Source: Octopus sinensis (taxonomy: Eukaryota). From it: a stretch of 64,000 nt of DNA. The notes beneath the pieces are model-generated. The model saw nothing but the letters and a program-made list of their open reading frames with translations, was not told where the DNA came from and searched no databases. This document shows, piece by piece, positions 27,301 through 37,424 of this stretch; position 1 is the first letter of the stretch, and every line of letters begins with the position of its first letter. The stretch spans positions 45,942,001 through 46,006,000 of the forward strand of contig NC_042998.1 in the NCBI RefSeq assembly GCF_006345805.1, read 5' to 3'. Both the position numbers and the translations under genes were made by a program.

Positions 27301-30300
27301 ATTAGGAGAAAATGCAATCTATGAAAGTAGGAGGAAACCTATAATTTTGGAAAGACTGATAAAAATGAAAGCAAGAAGGAGAGTTGCGTTTGTGGCTCTC
27401 TCTGGTTTCTATTTGAAATGAAAATTGCGTCATAAAAATGTAATGACACAAGATTGTCATAAAAAATGAAAATAAAGTAAATGAAAGCTGGGCAATTTTC
27501 CTTTCATTAAAAATGTGAGTGAGTTGAAATAATGTACTGAAAATACACTGTTTTAAACTGTTTGAAAAGATTCTTATATTTTTTTAAATATCTATTTTGT
27601 TGATTGATAATAATCTTTAGAAAATTACTATTTGTAAACAGACATTAGAAAAACTTACCTTAAATAACATTTTATTAAACTTTATATGTAAAAAAAAAAA
27701 AAACTAGAATATTAAAAAAACAGAAAAGATGAAATTGACTAAATATTGTTTGTAAGTGTTTGGTGCATAAGCGGTTTGTATGCAAGAACTAACATATATA
27801 CAATATAGAGTTTTATACACATATTTTAGAACTTGTTTAACATTAACTTTCCAAAATGAATAGTTAATAATAGAGGTTATTATTCAACATGTTTTTAGAT
27901 AATCTCTGGCAAAACTGGTAAGGCACAAATAGAACTATTTATCTGGAAGGGTCCTAATATTTCACAGCCAATGTAGAATAGATTTTGAAACAAAATTACT
28001 TTTAAATGTAACTTTCTTCTTAGAGAATTGGATAATTTCTGCAATCAAACTTTGTATTTGAAATGCTATTCCAATAAGTATTTTCGAAAAATATAAAATA
28101 TCTTTTTAAGTGAAGTATAAAGATGTTTTAAGGAAGAAGAAAATATTTTCTTTATTTTTATGTCTCCAGAAATCTTATCCTAATGATAAATTCCATTTAA
28201 TACTATATAAAGCCTTAAATTATTATATACAGAATTCTAAATAACTAGTTGTCTATTAACATAGTAGGAAAGAAACAAGTATTTGAGTGCATATTTAAAT
28301 ATTTGTATTAGCATTAAATAATTAAGAGCTTTTTTTTAAAGCCCAAATTTTGGCTACTTCCTCTAACAATCAACTTATGCTAGCTAGCTCTCTTACTATA
28401 ACATTCCAAATATGCTCTGTTTAATTCTACTGCAGTAAGCTAGGAATATCAATTATCACAAAAAAAAATTATCATTTCAATTTTATTCAACACATCCAAA
28501 ATTTATAGCCCCAAGTAGGTCAGAGGTGAAAAGCAACAGTCAAATAATTCAGTAGCACCTATCTCTTTTAAAGATTTAGTTGGTTGTTAGCTTTTCTGAG
28601 AGCTTCTCCTGCCCTTTGATGAGATTTATTTTAAATCCTGCTGGGATGTTCACACAACTTCCTCATCCAGTAAACTGGGTGCAGGGGAAGTGCAGTCATG
28701 TTAGCAACCACCCAACCAGGAGACAAATTGTACTGGGTTACATGATACCAACAAACAGAAGCTGTTCTAAATTCCAGTATGTTCTTCACTCATTTAAATT
28801 AGATCTATTTCTTGGGGCATACAAATGACTTTTTTTCCAAAATGTTCTCAAAAATTTTAAATATAAAAATTACCTAAAAAAAGATAAGCTAAATATTGAA
28901 ATAAATTTATAGGAATATTAGAATTTTTTGTTTTTTACATGAAGTATAAAACTTATACTTTATATATATCATTTATTTGAAATAGAGGAAAAAACTATTG
29001 AATATTTCATGCCATTTCAACTATCAAAAAATTCATAATATACAGATGAGAGAAAAACAGTTATCAATTTAATTGTATAGATTTATGTAAAAGTTCAAAA
29101 TAATCTTCAGGTTTGTTTAATAGTTTTAATAGCCCCACATTTCTACAAATGAAAAATAAATAAGGGCAAACAATTCCTTCAAACATCTAAAAATAATTCA
29201 AATTACAAATAAAAATATATAAATTTAAACAAAGCACAAAAACATTTGAAAATTTTATATGGATAATCCTTTGGCTGTATAATTTTTGCAACATTTTCTA
29301 TGTATTTCATATTTCAGTCAGACAAATGTACTGATTTAAAGATGAACTAAAGGAAAAAAAAAATGTTATTCTTGCTCAATACAATTCACAGGAATTTCAT
29401 GGAAGAAAAATAATATTTTTTTATCATTCCCTAACTCTCAGGAAATCTGTAAAAAACACGTTTTCAATAGGATACAGGCAATAAAATATGCCATTTATGA
29501 AATTAAAACAATAAGCAAAGAATTATAGCAATAACATTTTATGTCAGTAACATATAGCTCAATAATATAAATTGTTTTCTTTTCTTTAAAGGCTCAGTTT
29601 CGGTTAATGTTATCAACTAATTTATTATTTTAATTTTTTTTTTTTAAATTTCAAAATAACAATTGAATAGAGTTCTTGGTTGTGTGCATGTGCACAATTT
29701 TAAAAAAGTGCATTGCTATATGAACACTGTTTGTATGGCAATGCACATATAATCAAATGGAAGACTGAAATAATTTATATTTTTAGTCAAATGTTTAAAA
29801 TGAAAAACTAATATATAATTAAGCAAAGTATTTATTTAGTAACTACCTATTAATTAAGTTCTTAATATGCTTGCTTATGTAACTTTTTATGAAACTAAAT
29901 TGTTTAATATTGTAAAATCAGAAAAAGTATAGGAGCAGTCAGTATGATGTCAAGATTTAACATTTCAATAAGAAAATCATTTTCACAGTAATTACTATTT
30001 TTCATTGCTATTGTGTCAAAAATAATGACTTTCCAACTTAAATTTCTTTATAGTGGTCTGAGAAATAAACAGATATGGCAGTCTATTAAATTAACTGTAA
30101 TACACAATTGGTGCTGATTTCATCTAACAAGAAAGTCAGTCTTGCTTGCTTATCACTCCTTACCATCTTAGAAAGAAAAAAGGGCACATAAGATATTAAA
30201 ATGTCTGGGAGAAAGACAAAAAAAAATGGAATGTTTGTGACAAGAACACACTTTTGATTCTCATCATTACATCTAGTGTGCCATTAACATTTTCTATTTA

Positions 30301-31912
30301 CAAGAATTTGGGCTAAATAGTCTATGAAGCACCACTCAACAGAGGGAGACTGGAACAAAATGCTTTGCACAAAAACCAAATGATCATAAAGCCAACAGCC
30401 TATCTGCTAGGTCAGGCAACTTTGATACATTCAATCATAGCTGGCTTGGTGTTAAACAACTGGTATGTTTTTCCACTCAGGAGAAATAAAACCTGTTTAA
30501 TTTGCTCCACTCATTTCATCAATTTAAGAATAATTAATATTTCTTTGTTGTCATTAGTTCCTGCAACTACTGTGACAATCTTAAATCTTAACATTTCCTT
30601 TCAACTCAAAGGTTTGCAGACATTATTTGACAAAAGCACGAAGGATTTCTTCACAAATAGTAATAAACAATTACAAATCATTCAAGTAGTTTTCATAAAA
30701 GGAGTTCCTAAGATTACTACAACGCGGTTAGTTTAATCTCTCTCTCTAACAAAAAAAAAAACCTCTCTTCTTACCCAATAAACTATTTTCAAACCAATTA
30801 TTTGTTTCATACGTAATTAATTGCAAATAATTATTCTGTGAAAAGTAACTTTATTTCTTACAATAGTCTAAATTCTCATACTCTTCCAAAACCAATTATT
30901 TTTTTCATGTGAGAAATTCAATAAGCAAACTATTCATAAATGTTTGAGAACAGCTATGAAGTTACATGTTCATCTCGTAAGCAAATAAATTATTTTAGTA
31001 ATAGTATCAGAAAGCCATCAGCTACCTTACACAAAACAATTATTTTAGACTTCAAACAACATTTTTTTTTAAAATACAACTTTAACTCGACGTTATCATA
31101 TCAGACTGACAAAATTATGGGGCAAAATAATGTATTTGTGATGCAGCTAAACTATAACAGAAAATATAAAAATGAAAACTCACATCAGAATCCTTCTTCA
31201 TTCTTTTAACGATGTTTGACATACCATCAGATCCAGAACGTCGTTTAATTCCACTTGTTTTGATATCCAGCAATGAAGGTAACGGCCCAGAAGAACCCAA
31301 CATACCCAGCCCCATTCCACCATCAGGAAGATTTCTACTTCTACCACCTGAACCAATCATCGAACCTTTCAGTAATGTATTGACCAAAGCTAACTGAGTT
31401 TCTCGCATAGCTTGTTGTTGCACCCCCATGTTTTGTTGTTGTTGTTGCATCATCATCCCACCACCGGATCCCATCATATTTCCCATACCCATGTTAGAAT
31501 TCGGAGACATCATCCCACCCCCGTAATTCCCCATGCCCATGTTATTATTCATGTTGGGTGACATATTCATACCTCCACCCATGCCACCACCCATATTGCC
31601 CATACCACCCATCCCCCCACCCACACCGCCCATACCACCACCCATGCCACCGCCACCACCCATGCCACCACCGCCGCCCATTCCACCACCACCACCGCCC
31701 ATGCCACCACCACCCCCTCCGCCGCCGCCACCCATATTGTTCATTCCAGAACACATATTATTCATACCAGGCATAGGGGGAGCACTTCCAAGTATTCCAT
31801 ATCCCCCTTGACCCCCACTAAGTCTTCGGTTAGAGTGGGATCCAAGAGATGACCTCCCACTTCTATTTCTTCCACTAGAAGTACGATTACTAGAACTAGA
31901 GCGATAACTCAT
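1916..31912 (-). CDS. Spliced CDS (3' end incomplete) of a matrin-type zinc-finger nuclear protein, Pep/CIZ1/Matrin-3-like; join(complement 31184-31912, 26504-26651, 25190-25263, 22503-22586, 15093-15185, 6166-6311, 5489-5570, 4414-4464, 3328-3391, 1916-2037), 531 aa
   Basis: Ten exons read by eye, each with AG/GT boundaries. Intron phases chain without a stop (0,1,0,0,0,2,0,0,1,0). The product has a Gly/Met-rich low-complexity N-terminus and three fingers: CHAC-x12-H-x5-H, CSVC-x10-H-x5-H and GYFCKLCHKFYNNENAAKNTHCQSKSH. The last matches the C-terminal matrin finger of MATR3/CIZ1/ZNF638/Pep as I recall it. Exact orthology is not resolved. Confidence 0.88.
2835..3146 (+). mobile_element. SINE family 1 (GAT-tailed, internal gtggcacgtaaaa repeats), well-preserved 3' portion
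   Basis: Same sequence recurs at 24662, 32936, 50645 and 52902; (GAT)n tail; three internal tandem subrepeats; CpGs retained. Confidence 0.85.
3328..3391 (-). CDS. Coding exon 9 (RKGHKMEEYSEVPEYEENKTY-G)
   Basis: Acceptor ttttttttgtag, donor G|gtgatt; 64 nt, phase 0 to 1. Supplies the PxY...YG segment that precedes matrin fingers. Confidence 0.88.
4414..4464 (-). CDS. Coding exon 8 (QRVLEVYGNNKVSSGLQ)
   Basis: Acceptor tttatttcttcag, donor CAG|gttagt; 51 nt, symmetric phase 0, open. No motif support, so less certain than the others. Confidence 0.7.
5489..5570 (-). CDS. Coding exon 7: zinc finger 2 (LKKHYCSVCELNLSIPYNKHRQTKEHQ)
   Basis: Acceptor tttttctgtttcag, donor CAG|gtattt; 82 nt, phase 2 to 0; CxxC-x10-H-x5-H. 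Confidence 0.92.
6166..6311 (-). CDS. Coding exon 6: His half of zinc finger 1 plus helical linker (NFKNHMRGTKHRSRMDDLANLHQQKSSQLFVRLKAEEHLRNIEKRGGD)
   Basis: Acceptor ttttatttgtag, donor CT|gtatgt; 146 nt, phase 0 to 2; overlaps ORF 6018-6296. Confidence 0.92.
6545..6865 (+). mobile_element. SINE-like interspersed repeat family 5 (tgctagaaatagcagccaaa...ctgacctggggctaaacaac)
   Basis: Shared motifs with 14610-14815 and 54845-55070. Confidence 0.6.
9686..9902. mobile_element. piggyBac-type MITE family B, copy 1
   Basis: Termini CCCTTTAGCATT / AATGCTAAAGG flanked by TCAA and TTAA; inverted homolog at 24404-24620. Confidence 0.75.
10066..10890 (-). mobile_element. 5'-truncated CR1/L2-clade LINE (3' end of ORF2, short 3' UTR, (ATT)n tail)
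   Basis: 241-aa ORF with CR1-type motifs (LQSDLD..W, ERDLGI, LYTAMVRPHLEFA, LESVQR, FFTLRVVEAWNKLP) followed by a microsatellite tail. Confidence 0.92.
11232..11451. mobile_element. piggyBac-type MITE family A, copy 1 (220 bp)
   Basis: Perfect 12-bp TIR CCCTTTCGTTAC/GTAACGAAAGGG with TTAA on both sides. Confidence 0.9.
13260..13950. repeat. Degenerate (CA/TA)-rich low-complexity tract
   Basis: Long stretch of imperfect CACA/TATA units; gives spurious His/Thr/Tyr ORFs. Confidence 0.75.
14610..14815 (+). mobile_element. SINE-like repeat family 5
   Basis: gacctgctagaaacagcagccaaa...ggctggaatgcctttgatcataggtctgctcaatcaggg, with a (CAA)n tail; homolog at 54845-55070. Confidence 0.7.
15093..15185 (-). 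CDS. Coding exon 5: Cys half of zinc finger 1 (DSGSDGEKADSSDKKSQYFCHACIVECYNNK)
   Basis: Acceptor ttttattttccag, donor AAG|gtagct; 93 nt, phase 0 to 0. Joined to exon 6 it gives exact CxxC-x12-H-x5-H spacing. Confidence 0.92.
18323..18889 (+). mobile_element. Internally deleted Tc1-family DNA transposon (567 bp)
   Basis: 26-bp TIR CACTACCGTCAGAAATTAATTAGCAC (4 mismatches to the other end), TA flanks, and disrupted transposase remnants KHGGGGLMV*G, SPDLNPIENFW, AVIAAKGGATRY*. Confidence 0.93.
19750..20800 (-). mobile_element. Highly decayed LINE ORF2 remnant (endonuclease to pre-RT region)
   Basis: Minus-strand fragments DFNAH (about 20730-20745) and LFNLSL..GIYPDLWK (about 19800-19850) resemble LINE motifs; many disruptions; boundaries approximate. 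Confidence 0.5.
22503..22586 (-). CDS. Coding exon 4 (IQSTEHSNGGLTVTVDGSRRSVTEDTAK)
   Basis: Acceptor cttttattttaacag, donor AAG|gtaact; 84 nt, symmetric phase 0, open, protein-like composition. Confidence 0.8.
24404..24620. mobile_element. piggyBac-type MITE family B, copy 2 (inverted relative to copy 1)
   Basis: TTAA-CCCTCTAGAATT ... AATGCTGAAGGG-TTAG; internal sequence is the reverse complement of 9686-9902. Confidence 0.75.
24662..24833 (-). mobile_element. SINE family 1, 3' fragment
   Basis: Reverse complement of about 2970-3146. Confidence 0.85.
25190..25263 (-). CDS. Coding exon 3, acidic (AKKKMEDDDEEEDEMYDPAEPTDDE)
   Basis: Acceptor catttgcag, donor GAG|gtatgt; 74 nt, phase 1 to 0; acidic tract and YDPxxPT motif. 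Confidence 0.88.
26504..26651 (-). CDS. Coding exon 2, Arg-rich (RSSRGKDRIIRPNDRRRPQGSTPSTKKRDQLYSQGRKDQSSNRRQRDTS)
   Basis: Acceptor ggtttcag, donor CAG|gtaaag; 148 nt, phase 0 to 1, which bridges the phases of the flanking exons; within ORF 26445-26666. Confidence 0.82.
31184..31912 (-). CDS. Coding exon 1: start codon, RS-rich head, Gly/Met/Asn/Gln low-complexity domain, basic NLS-like segments (243 aa)
   Basis: Exon begins at 31926 after acceptor ttttaatttttcag; aaaATG at 31912; 729 nt open; donor GAT|gtgagt; matches ORF 31115-31918. Confidence 0.93.
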
Positions 31913-32256
31913 TTTCAATTAAAAACCTGAAAAATTAAAAAAAAATATATTTAAACATTTAAAAAATTATGATGAAAAATGTTCTTTTGAAAATTATTTA
32001 GGCAAAAGAGAGACAACTGCTTTTCTTTTAACACATTACATAAAAAAAAATTTTATACCATATATTTTTTTTCTCGTTTCAGTCACTTGACTGCAACCAT
32101 TCACTGGGACACCCCCTTGAAGGGTTTAGTTGAACAAATTGATCCCAGTACTTATTCTATCAGTTATTTTTTGCTAAACAGCTAGATTATGGGAATGTAA
32201 ACAAACCAACACCAGTTGCCAAGTGGTGAAGGGGGATAAACACAAACGCACATATA

Positions 32257-32401
32257 TGATGGGCTTCTTTCAGTTTCTGCTTACCAAATCAACTTACAAG
32301 GCTTTGGTCGATCTAGGGTTATAGCATGCCTGAGGTGCCACTCAATGGGACTGAACCAGGAACCATGTGGTAGGAAAGCAAGCTTCTTACCACACAGCCA
32401 T
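32257..32401 (-). mobile_element. tRNA-headed SINE family 2
   Basis: Reverse complement of the tggctgtgtggtaagaagcttgc...gaaactgaaagaagccc consensus seen at 36068. Confidence 0.75.
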
Positions 32402-32591
32402 AAGACATTTTTAAAAAAAAAGTTACATTTATGATTATTTTCATATGTATCTGCGGCATTTATTTTAACAGTAAATGCTGATTTAATAATAGCTACAGAA
32501 CATGACTAATCTCAAGGAAAAGGACCTTCCTTCCTGTCCACATCAGTTGTGCTTAATTACATAAACAGGTCGCAATACTTAACCAATGCAA

Positions 32592-32760
32592 GGCAACGAA
32601 CTGGCAGAATTGTTAGCACACCAGGCAAAATGCTTAGCAGCATTTCATCCGTCTTTACGTTCTGAATTCAAACTTTGCCTTCCATCCTTATAATTACCAG
32701 TTGAACACTGGGGATTGATGTAATTGAAATTGCTAGCCTTATGCCAAAATTTGAAACCTA
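32592..32760 (+). mobile_element. SINE family 3, degenerate
   Basis: ggcaacgaactggcagaattgttagcacaccagg... matches the reverse complement of 46016-46249. Confidence 0.65.
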
Positions 32761-32935
32761 TATTTAACCAATGCATATTCAATATTGGATTCTTAAATAA
32801 ATTTGAACGGATCTATTTCAAGATTTTTACTTTAACATTCTTCCTTAGTATTTTTTTTCTTCTTGAATTCCCCAAAACTAAGTTTACCATACAAGTATAT
32901 TTATCTTTATCAATATCCTGTAAATATACATATAT

Positions 32936-33251
32936 CATCATCATCGTTTAACGTCCACTTTCCATGCTAGCATGGGTTGGATGATTTGACTGAGGACTGG
33001 CGAACCAGATGGCTGCACCAAGCTCCAATCTGATCTGGCAGAGTTTCTACAGCTTGATGCCCTTCCTAACGCCAACCACTCCAAGAGTGTAGTGGATGCT
33101 TTTACGTGCCACCAGCACGAGGGCCAGTCAGGCAGTACTGGCAACGGCCATGCTCAAATGGTGTTTTTTATGTGCCACCCACACAGGAGCCAGTCCGGCA
33201 GCACTGGCAACGACCTCGCTCGAATGATTTTTGCACATGCCAGTAAGGCAA
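32936..33251 (-). mobile_element. SINE family 1
   Basis: catcatcatcgtttaacgtcc...gatgcccttcctaacgccaacc, reverse complement of the 2835-3146 family. Confidence 0.85.
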
Positions 33252-33643
33252 CATATATATATATGTAACTATAAAAGTCTATGAAGGATTCAGTGGATAT
33301 TTTTACAGATTATTATGATAGGCAGTTTGATAATTCAACCATCAGCTTGGCAAATAACTGATTGAATCCAAGAATGTTTCACCACTATTTTGAAGTCCAC
33401 TTTTCTATGCTTTTGCATGAGTTTGACAGAGTTTTGTTGAAGCAGATTTTCTACCTTGTGGTAGTCAACCCTCACTTATTTCTAAGCAAGGTAACATATT
33501 TCCCCATTGCTTGACATGTTTTTGCAGAAAAATAGATATGATGCTGCTTGTATGACAGTGACACCCATTTACAGATATCATATAATATCAAGGCAAGGAG
33601 ACAAACATACATTCACTCACACACACACATTGTGTTTTTACGT

Positions 33644-34690
33644 TCAGTCAGTCAGTCATTTAGTGTTTTAAATCCGAGTTTTGTCCCGGTAAATGGAGGT
33701 GGCCAGATCTACCTCAATGCCATAGCAACCGCCCTCACACCATCTTGCCCAGTTTTGGGCATCCTCCTTTTTCAAACTAACCCTTCCAATCTCCTTGGTC
33801 TACCTCACTCTCGCGCTCCATTTACCTCAAATGCAGTCACCCTCCTTAGAACATGCTCTTTATATCCCTCCTCAACACATGCCCATACCACCTCACTCCA
33901 TTCGCCCTTGCCAGCCATTCCACCGATCCCTCCAACCCCAGCATCGCCATCAAATCCTCAGTCCTCCTATCAAACAGCTTCACCCCACACGTTTCTCTCA
34001 CCATTGCTCTCTCAGTCCTCAAAATTACCATCTCTCTCTCCCTCAGACACCATGTCTCACTCCCATACAGCATTGCAGCCCTCACACAACTCTTATAGAC
34101 CCTTCCTTTCATCTTTAATGAGAACCTTTTCCCATATAATGCTCCATATTCACTGAACTTCACCCAGCCAAGTCTCGCTCTTGCTGTCACAGCTGCTTCA
34201 CATCCACGCTATTTCCCAAATAACAAAACCCTCTCACCGTTTCCACGGGTTCTGCCAGCCCTCCTGCTCCTTTCTCACATCTTCCACAAACAAACTCTCT
34301 CACCAGTCTTGGGATCACCTTCTTTATTTTCGTATATCTACCATGAATCCATTTCTCACATCTCATAAACACTGCATTTACCATTATCCTCCTCCCACAT
34401 ACACCACATGGATTCACCTTGCGCACTAACACTTCTCCTTCCACCCCGCTTACCATCACCTTTGTTTTCCTGAGGTTTACCTTCAAACGCCTCCTTCCAT
34501 TTCCAAAACTTCTCCCTCAATCCCTCCATTGTCTCACACATCAGAGCAAGGTCATACATTATCTCCATTATCAATCCCTCTCTTGCACTCTCTGTCACCA
34601 CATCAACCACTATTGCAAACAACAACGGTGACAACGCAGATCCCTGATGCACACCAACTTTCACTACAAACTCCTCCGAAATCTGATGGG
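33644..34690 (-). mobile_element. 5'-truncated RTE-clade LINE, frameshifted RT C-terminal half with (TGAC)n tail
   Basis: ORF pieces KVGVHQGSALSPLLFAIVVD, KVNLRKTKVM, KGRVYKSCVRAAMLYGSETW, RWYGHVLRR in three frames. Confidence 0.92.
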
Positions 34691-34851
34691 TTACTCTATA
34701 CTTTTGTTGAATACAAATTTATTAATCTAAAACAAGAATGTTGTTAAAGTAACCTTGAAGTTTACAGTCAGCTAAGCTGTCATCCATTGATGGCTTAGCT
34801 GGTCAAAACTTTGAAATCTCTGACAACAACATTCTTGTTTAAAAAGAATAT

Positions 34852-34982
34852 ATGACAGGCTTCTTTCAGTTTCCATCTACCAAATTCACTCACAAGACTC
34901 TGGCCAGCTCTGTGTTATAGTAAAAGACACTTGCCCAAATGTGCCATGCAGTGGGACCGAACTTAGAACCATGTAGTTGGGA
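34852..34982 (-). mobile_element. SINE family 2 fragment
   Basis: ggcttctttcagtttcc...gacacttgccca...gtgggac motif set. Confidence 0.7.
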
Positions 34983-36067
34983 ATGTTCATTTCACAATAT
35001 TTAATCCACTTTTCCTATAGTTACAATGATTTTGTTTCTAATTTAATTATACTCATTTAAGTTAGCACTCAATGCAATTGGTTTTATTATAAATCTAGGT
35101 TGACATTAAGCATCTAAACTTTTATACTAATCAACAAACAGTAATCACTAAATTCTAATGAAGCAAAACAACAGTGACCCCCCCCCCCTCTACTTGAAAA
35201 AGTTGACTGAATTTCATGAGACCTCTTATGATTGAAGTGGTAAAATGGTAAAGGTGATTATTTTGTCAGTTCAATTCCATACTAGTGTGGAAAAATAGAC
35301 ATGATGGTAATGATTAGCGTAAAGAGTTTTTTGTGCATCTAATTCTATTTGTCATCCATCTAACAAATGATTTAAAACCATTTTCAAATTTGAAAGCTAT
35401 TTGTTGGAAAACACAAGGGTCAGTGGAAAGCTAGTAGAGAAGAGTTAAGTTCATTATTTTCTATAGAGTCTAGCAGTGTTAAGTCACAGTTGTATTTTTT
35501 AATATTGTGCACTTTTATCAAATAATGGAATGCATGTACTTGAAAATCACTCTTCCTGTGTACCTAGCTATGCTTTTCTTCTGCAATTAACCTTTTTCTC
35601 ACCAATATCATTCCAGCTTACCCTCTTCTTCAGGAGCCAAAATAAGTTATGTTATAGCAAGAGAATGTCTTGTCTAGTTGTTGCAAGCATCTGACCTGCA
35701 CTTGACTGGATATTCTGTAAATAATTGTTGTCATATATCTTTAAATATCTAAGATGTGATTTAATACTTGTTTGACTAATCCTGAAACAGGTTTGTTTTT
35801 TCTCTCTCTTTTAAATCTATAGTTTTTGTAATTACTATGAAGGAGACAGTACGACAATAGAGTATGAAACTAAATGTTGCATCCTATTTATTCACATTTT
35901 GTAATTGGTGAATCACAGGTTTCCAATGGGTCAACTACTGTTTTATTATACATCTGATGACAAAAGTGACAACAATGAAGAAAAAATACTTCAAAGGACT
36001 TTCAATTAAAAAGCAGCAGTTTTCAATCTTTTACTGTTGTATATTAGCAAAGAATATATATATATGT

Positions 36068-36220
36068 ATGGCTGTGTGGTAAGAAGCTTGCTTCCCAACT
36101 ACATGATTCCAAGTTTAGTCCCATTACATGGCACCATGGGCAAGTGTCTTCTACTATAGCCTTGGGCCGACAAAAGCATTGTGAGTGGACTTGGTTGATG
36201 GAAACTGAAAGAAGCCCAAC
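36068..36220 (+). mobile_element. tRNA-headed SINE family 2
   Basis: A-box-like TGGCTGTGTGG, degenerate B box, gggcaagtgtcttctactatagcc core; several homologs in the window. Confidence 0.8.
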
Positions 36221-37173
36221 ATATATAAATCCTGGGGTTGATTTGTTCGACTAAAGGCGATACAGAATTTTTAGCACATTGGACAATATGTTTAGTGGGA
36301 TTTTTTCTCTACATTTAGAGTTCAAATTCTGCTAAAACTAACTTTCATCCTTTGTGGTTGATAAATTACTAGGGTTTATGTAATCGAGTTGCCCCTCTCC
36401 TCAAAATAGTTGACCTTGTGCCAAAATTAGGAAGAATTATTATTTAATGTTAACTGAAATCTAGTTACTCATACACAGTACATATTCTTCAAAACAAAGG
36501 TATTTAAAATGAAGCCTCACAACTTGAGAGTCAAACTCCTTCGAATTCATTTTATGAATATTTCACAATTCTAAGTATACACTTGACAACACAGATTTAA
36601 AACTAAGCACGTTAATGTCTGAATCATTGACTTTTCTCATGGAAAAACAAGATACTCAAAACACACAAAACAAACTCTTGTACAGTAAATACTTCTTAAA
36701 ACATTATCTTAGAGCAGCATCTAGCATCAGTAGAATTATATTCTTCATATATCCAAGTAATGAATGATTAATAATATAAGGCTTTTTAATCATTACAACA
36801 ATGTAAGCACAATTGCTTTGAAAATCCTATTAAAAAAAATATATCAGTTAACATTCTCAAGTTTTCTCTTTTTCAAGAAGAGAATTAGAGAAGGGTAAGT
36901 AAAATATTCTTCAATAATTATACTAAAATATATTGTAAGAATTAGAAAATATTAGAATTCCAAAAGAATATTGGAGAAAAATCTAAGCCTTACTATGGGT
37001 TTGGTCATGCAACATGACATATAAGTCAGCAATGATAACACACAAAAAAAAAAGTTACGATACTGCTTGCAAATTTAGATTTGGCATTTTGGCTTGCCAC
37101 AAACAAATGAAAAAGCAGGAAACAATCCAGAAACTAGTATTGATGTTACTGTTATATTTAAATGCATACTAAA

Positions 37174-37191
37174 TTATATATATATATATAG

Positions 37192-37243
<52 letters not shown>

Positions 37244-37341
37244 AATGTATGTGTATGTATATATATGTGCGTGTGTGTGTGTATATATATATATATATAG
37301 ATAGATATATGTGTGTATATATATATGTATATAAATCTGTG

Positions 37342-37386
<45 letters not shown>

Positions 37387-37393
37387 ATCTATG

Positions 37394-37420
<27 letters not shown>
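37174..37420. repeat. Compound (TA)n/(TG)n microsatellite
   Basis: Directly visible. Confidence 0.95.

Positions 37421-37424
<4 letters not shown>

Noticed and set aside
31212-31811. Pro-rich, His-rich and Trp/Arg-rich ORFs
   Set aside because: Antisense or shifted-frame readings of the poly-Gly exon.
33548-34747. Plus-strand ORFs up to 202 aa
   Set aside because: Antisense to the RTE LINE fragment.
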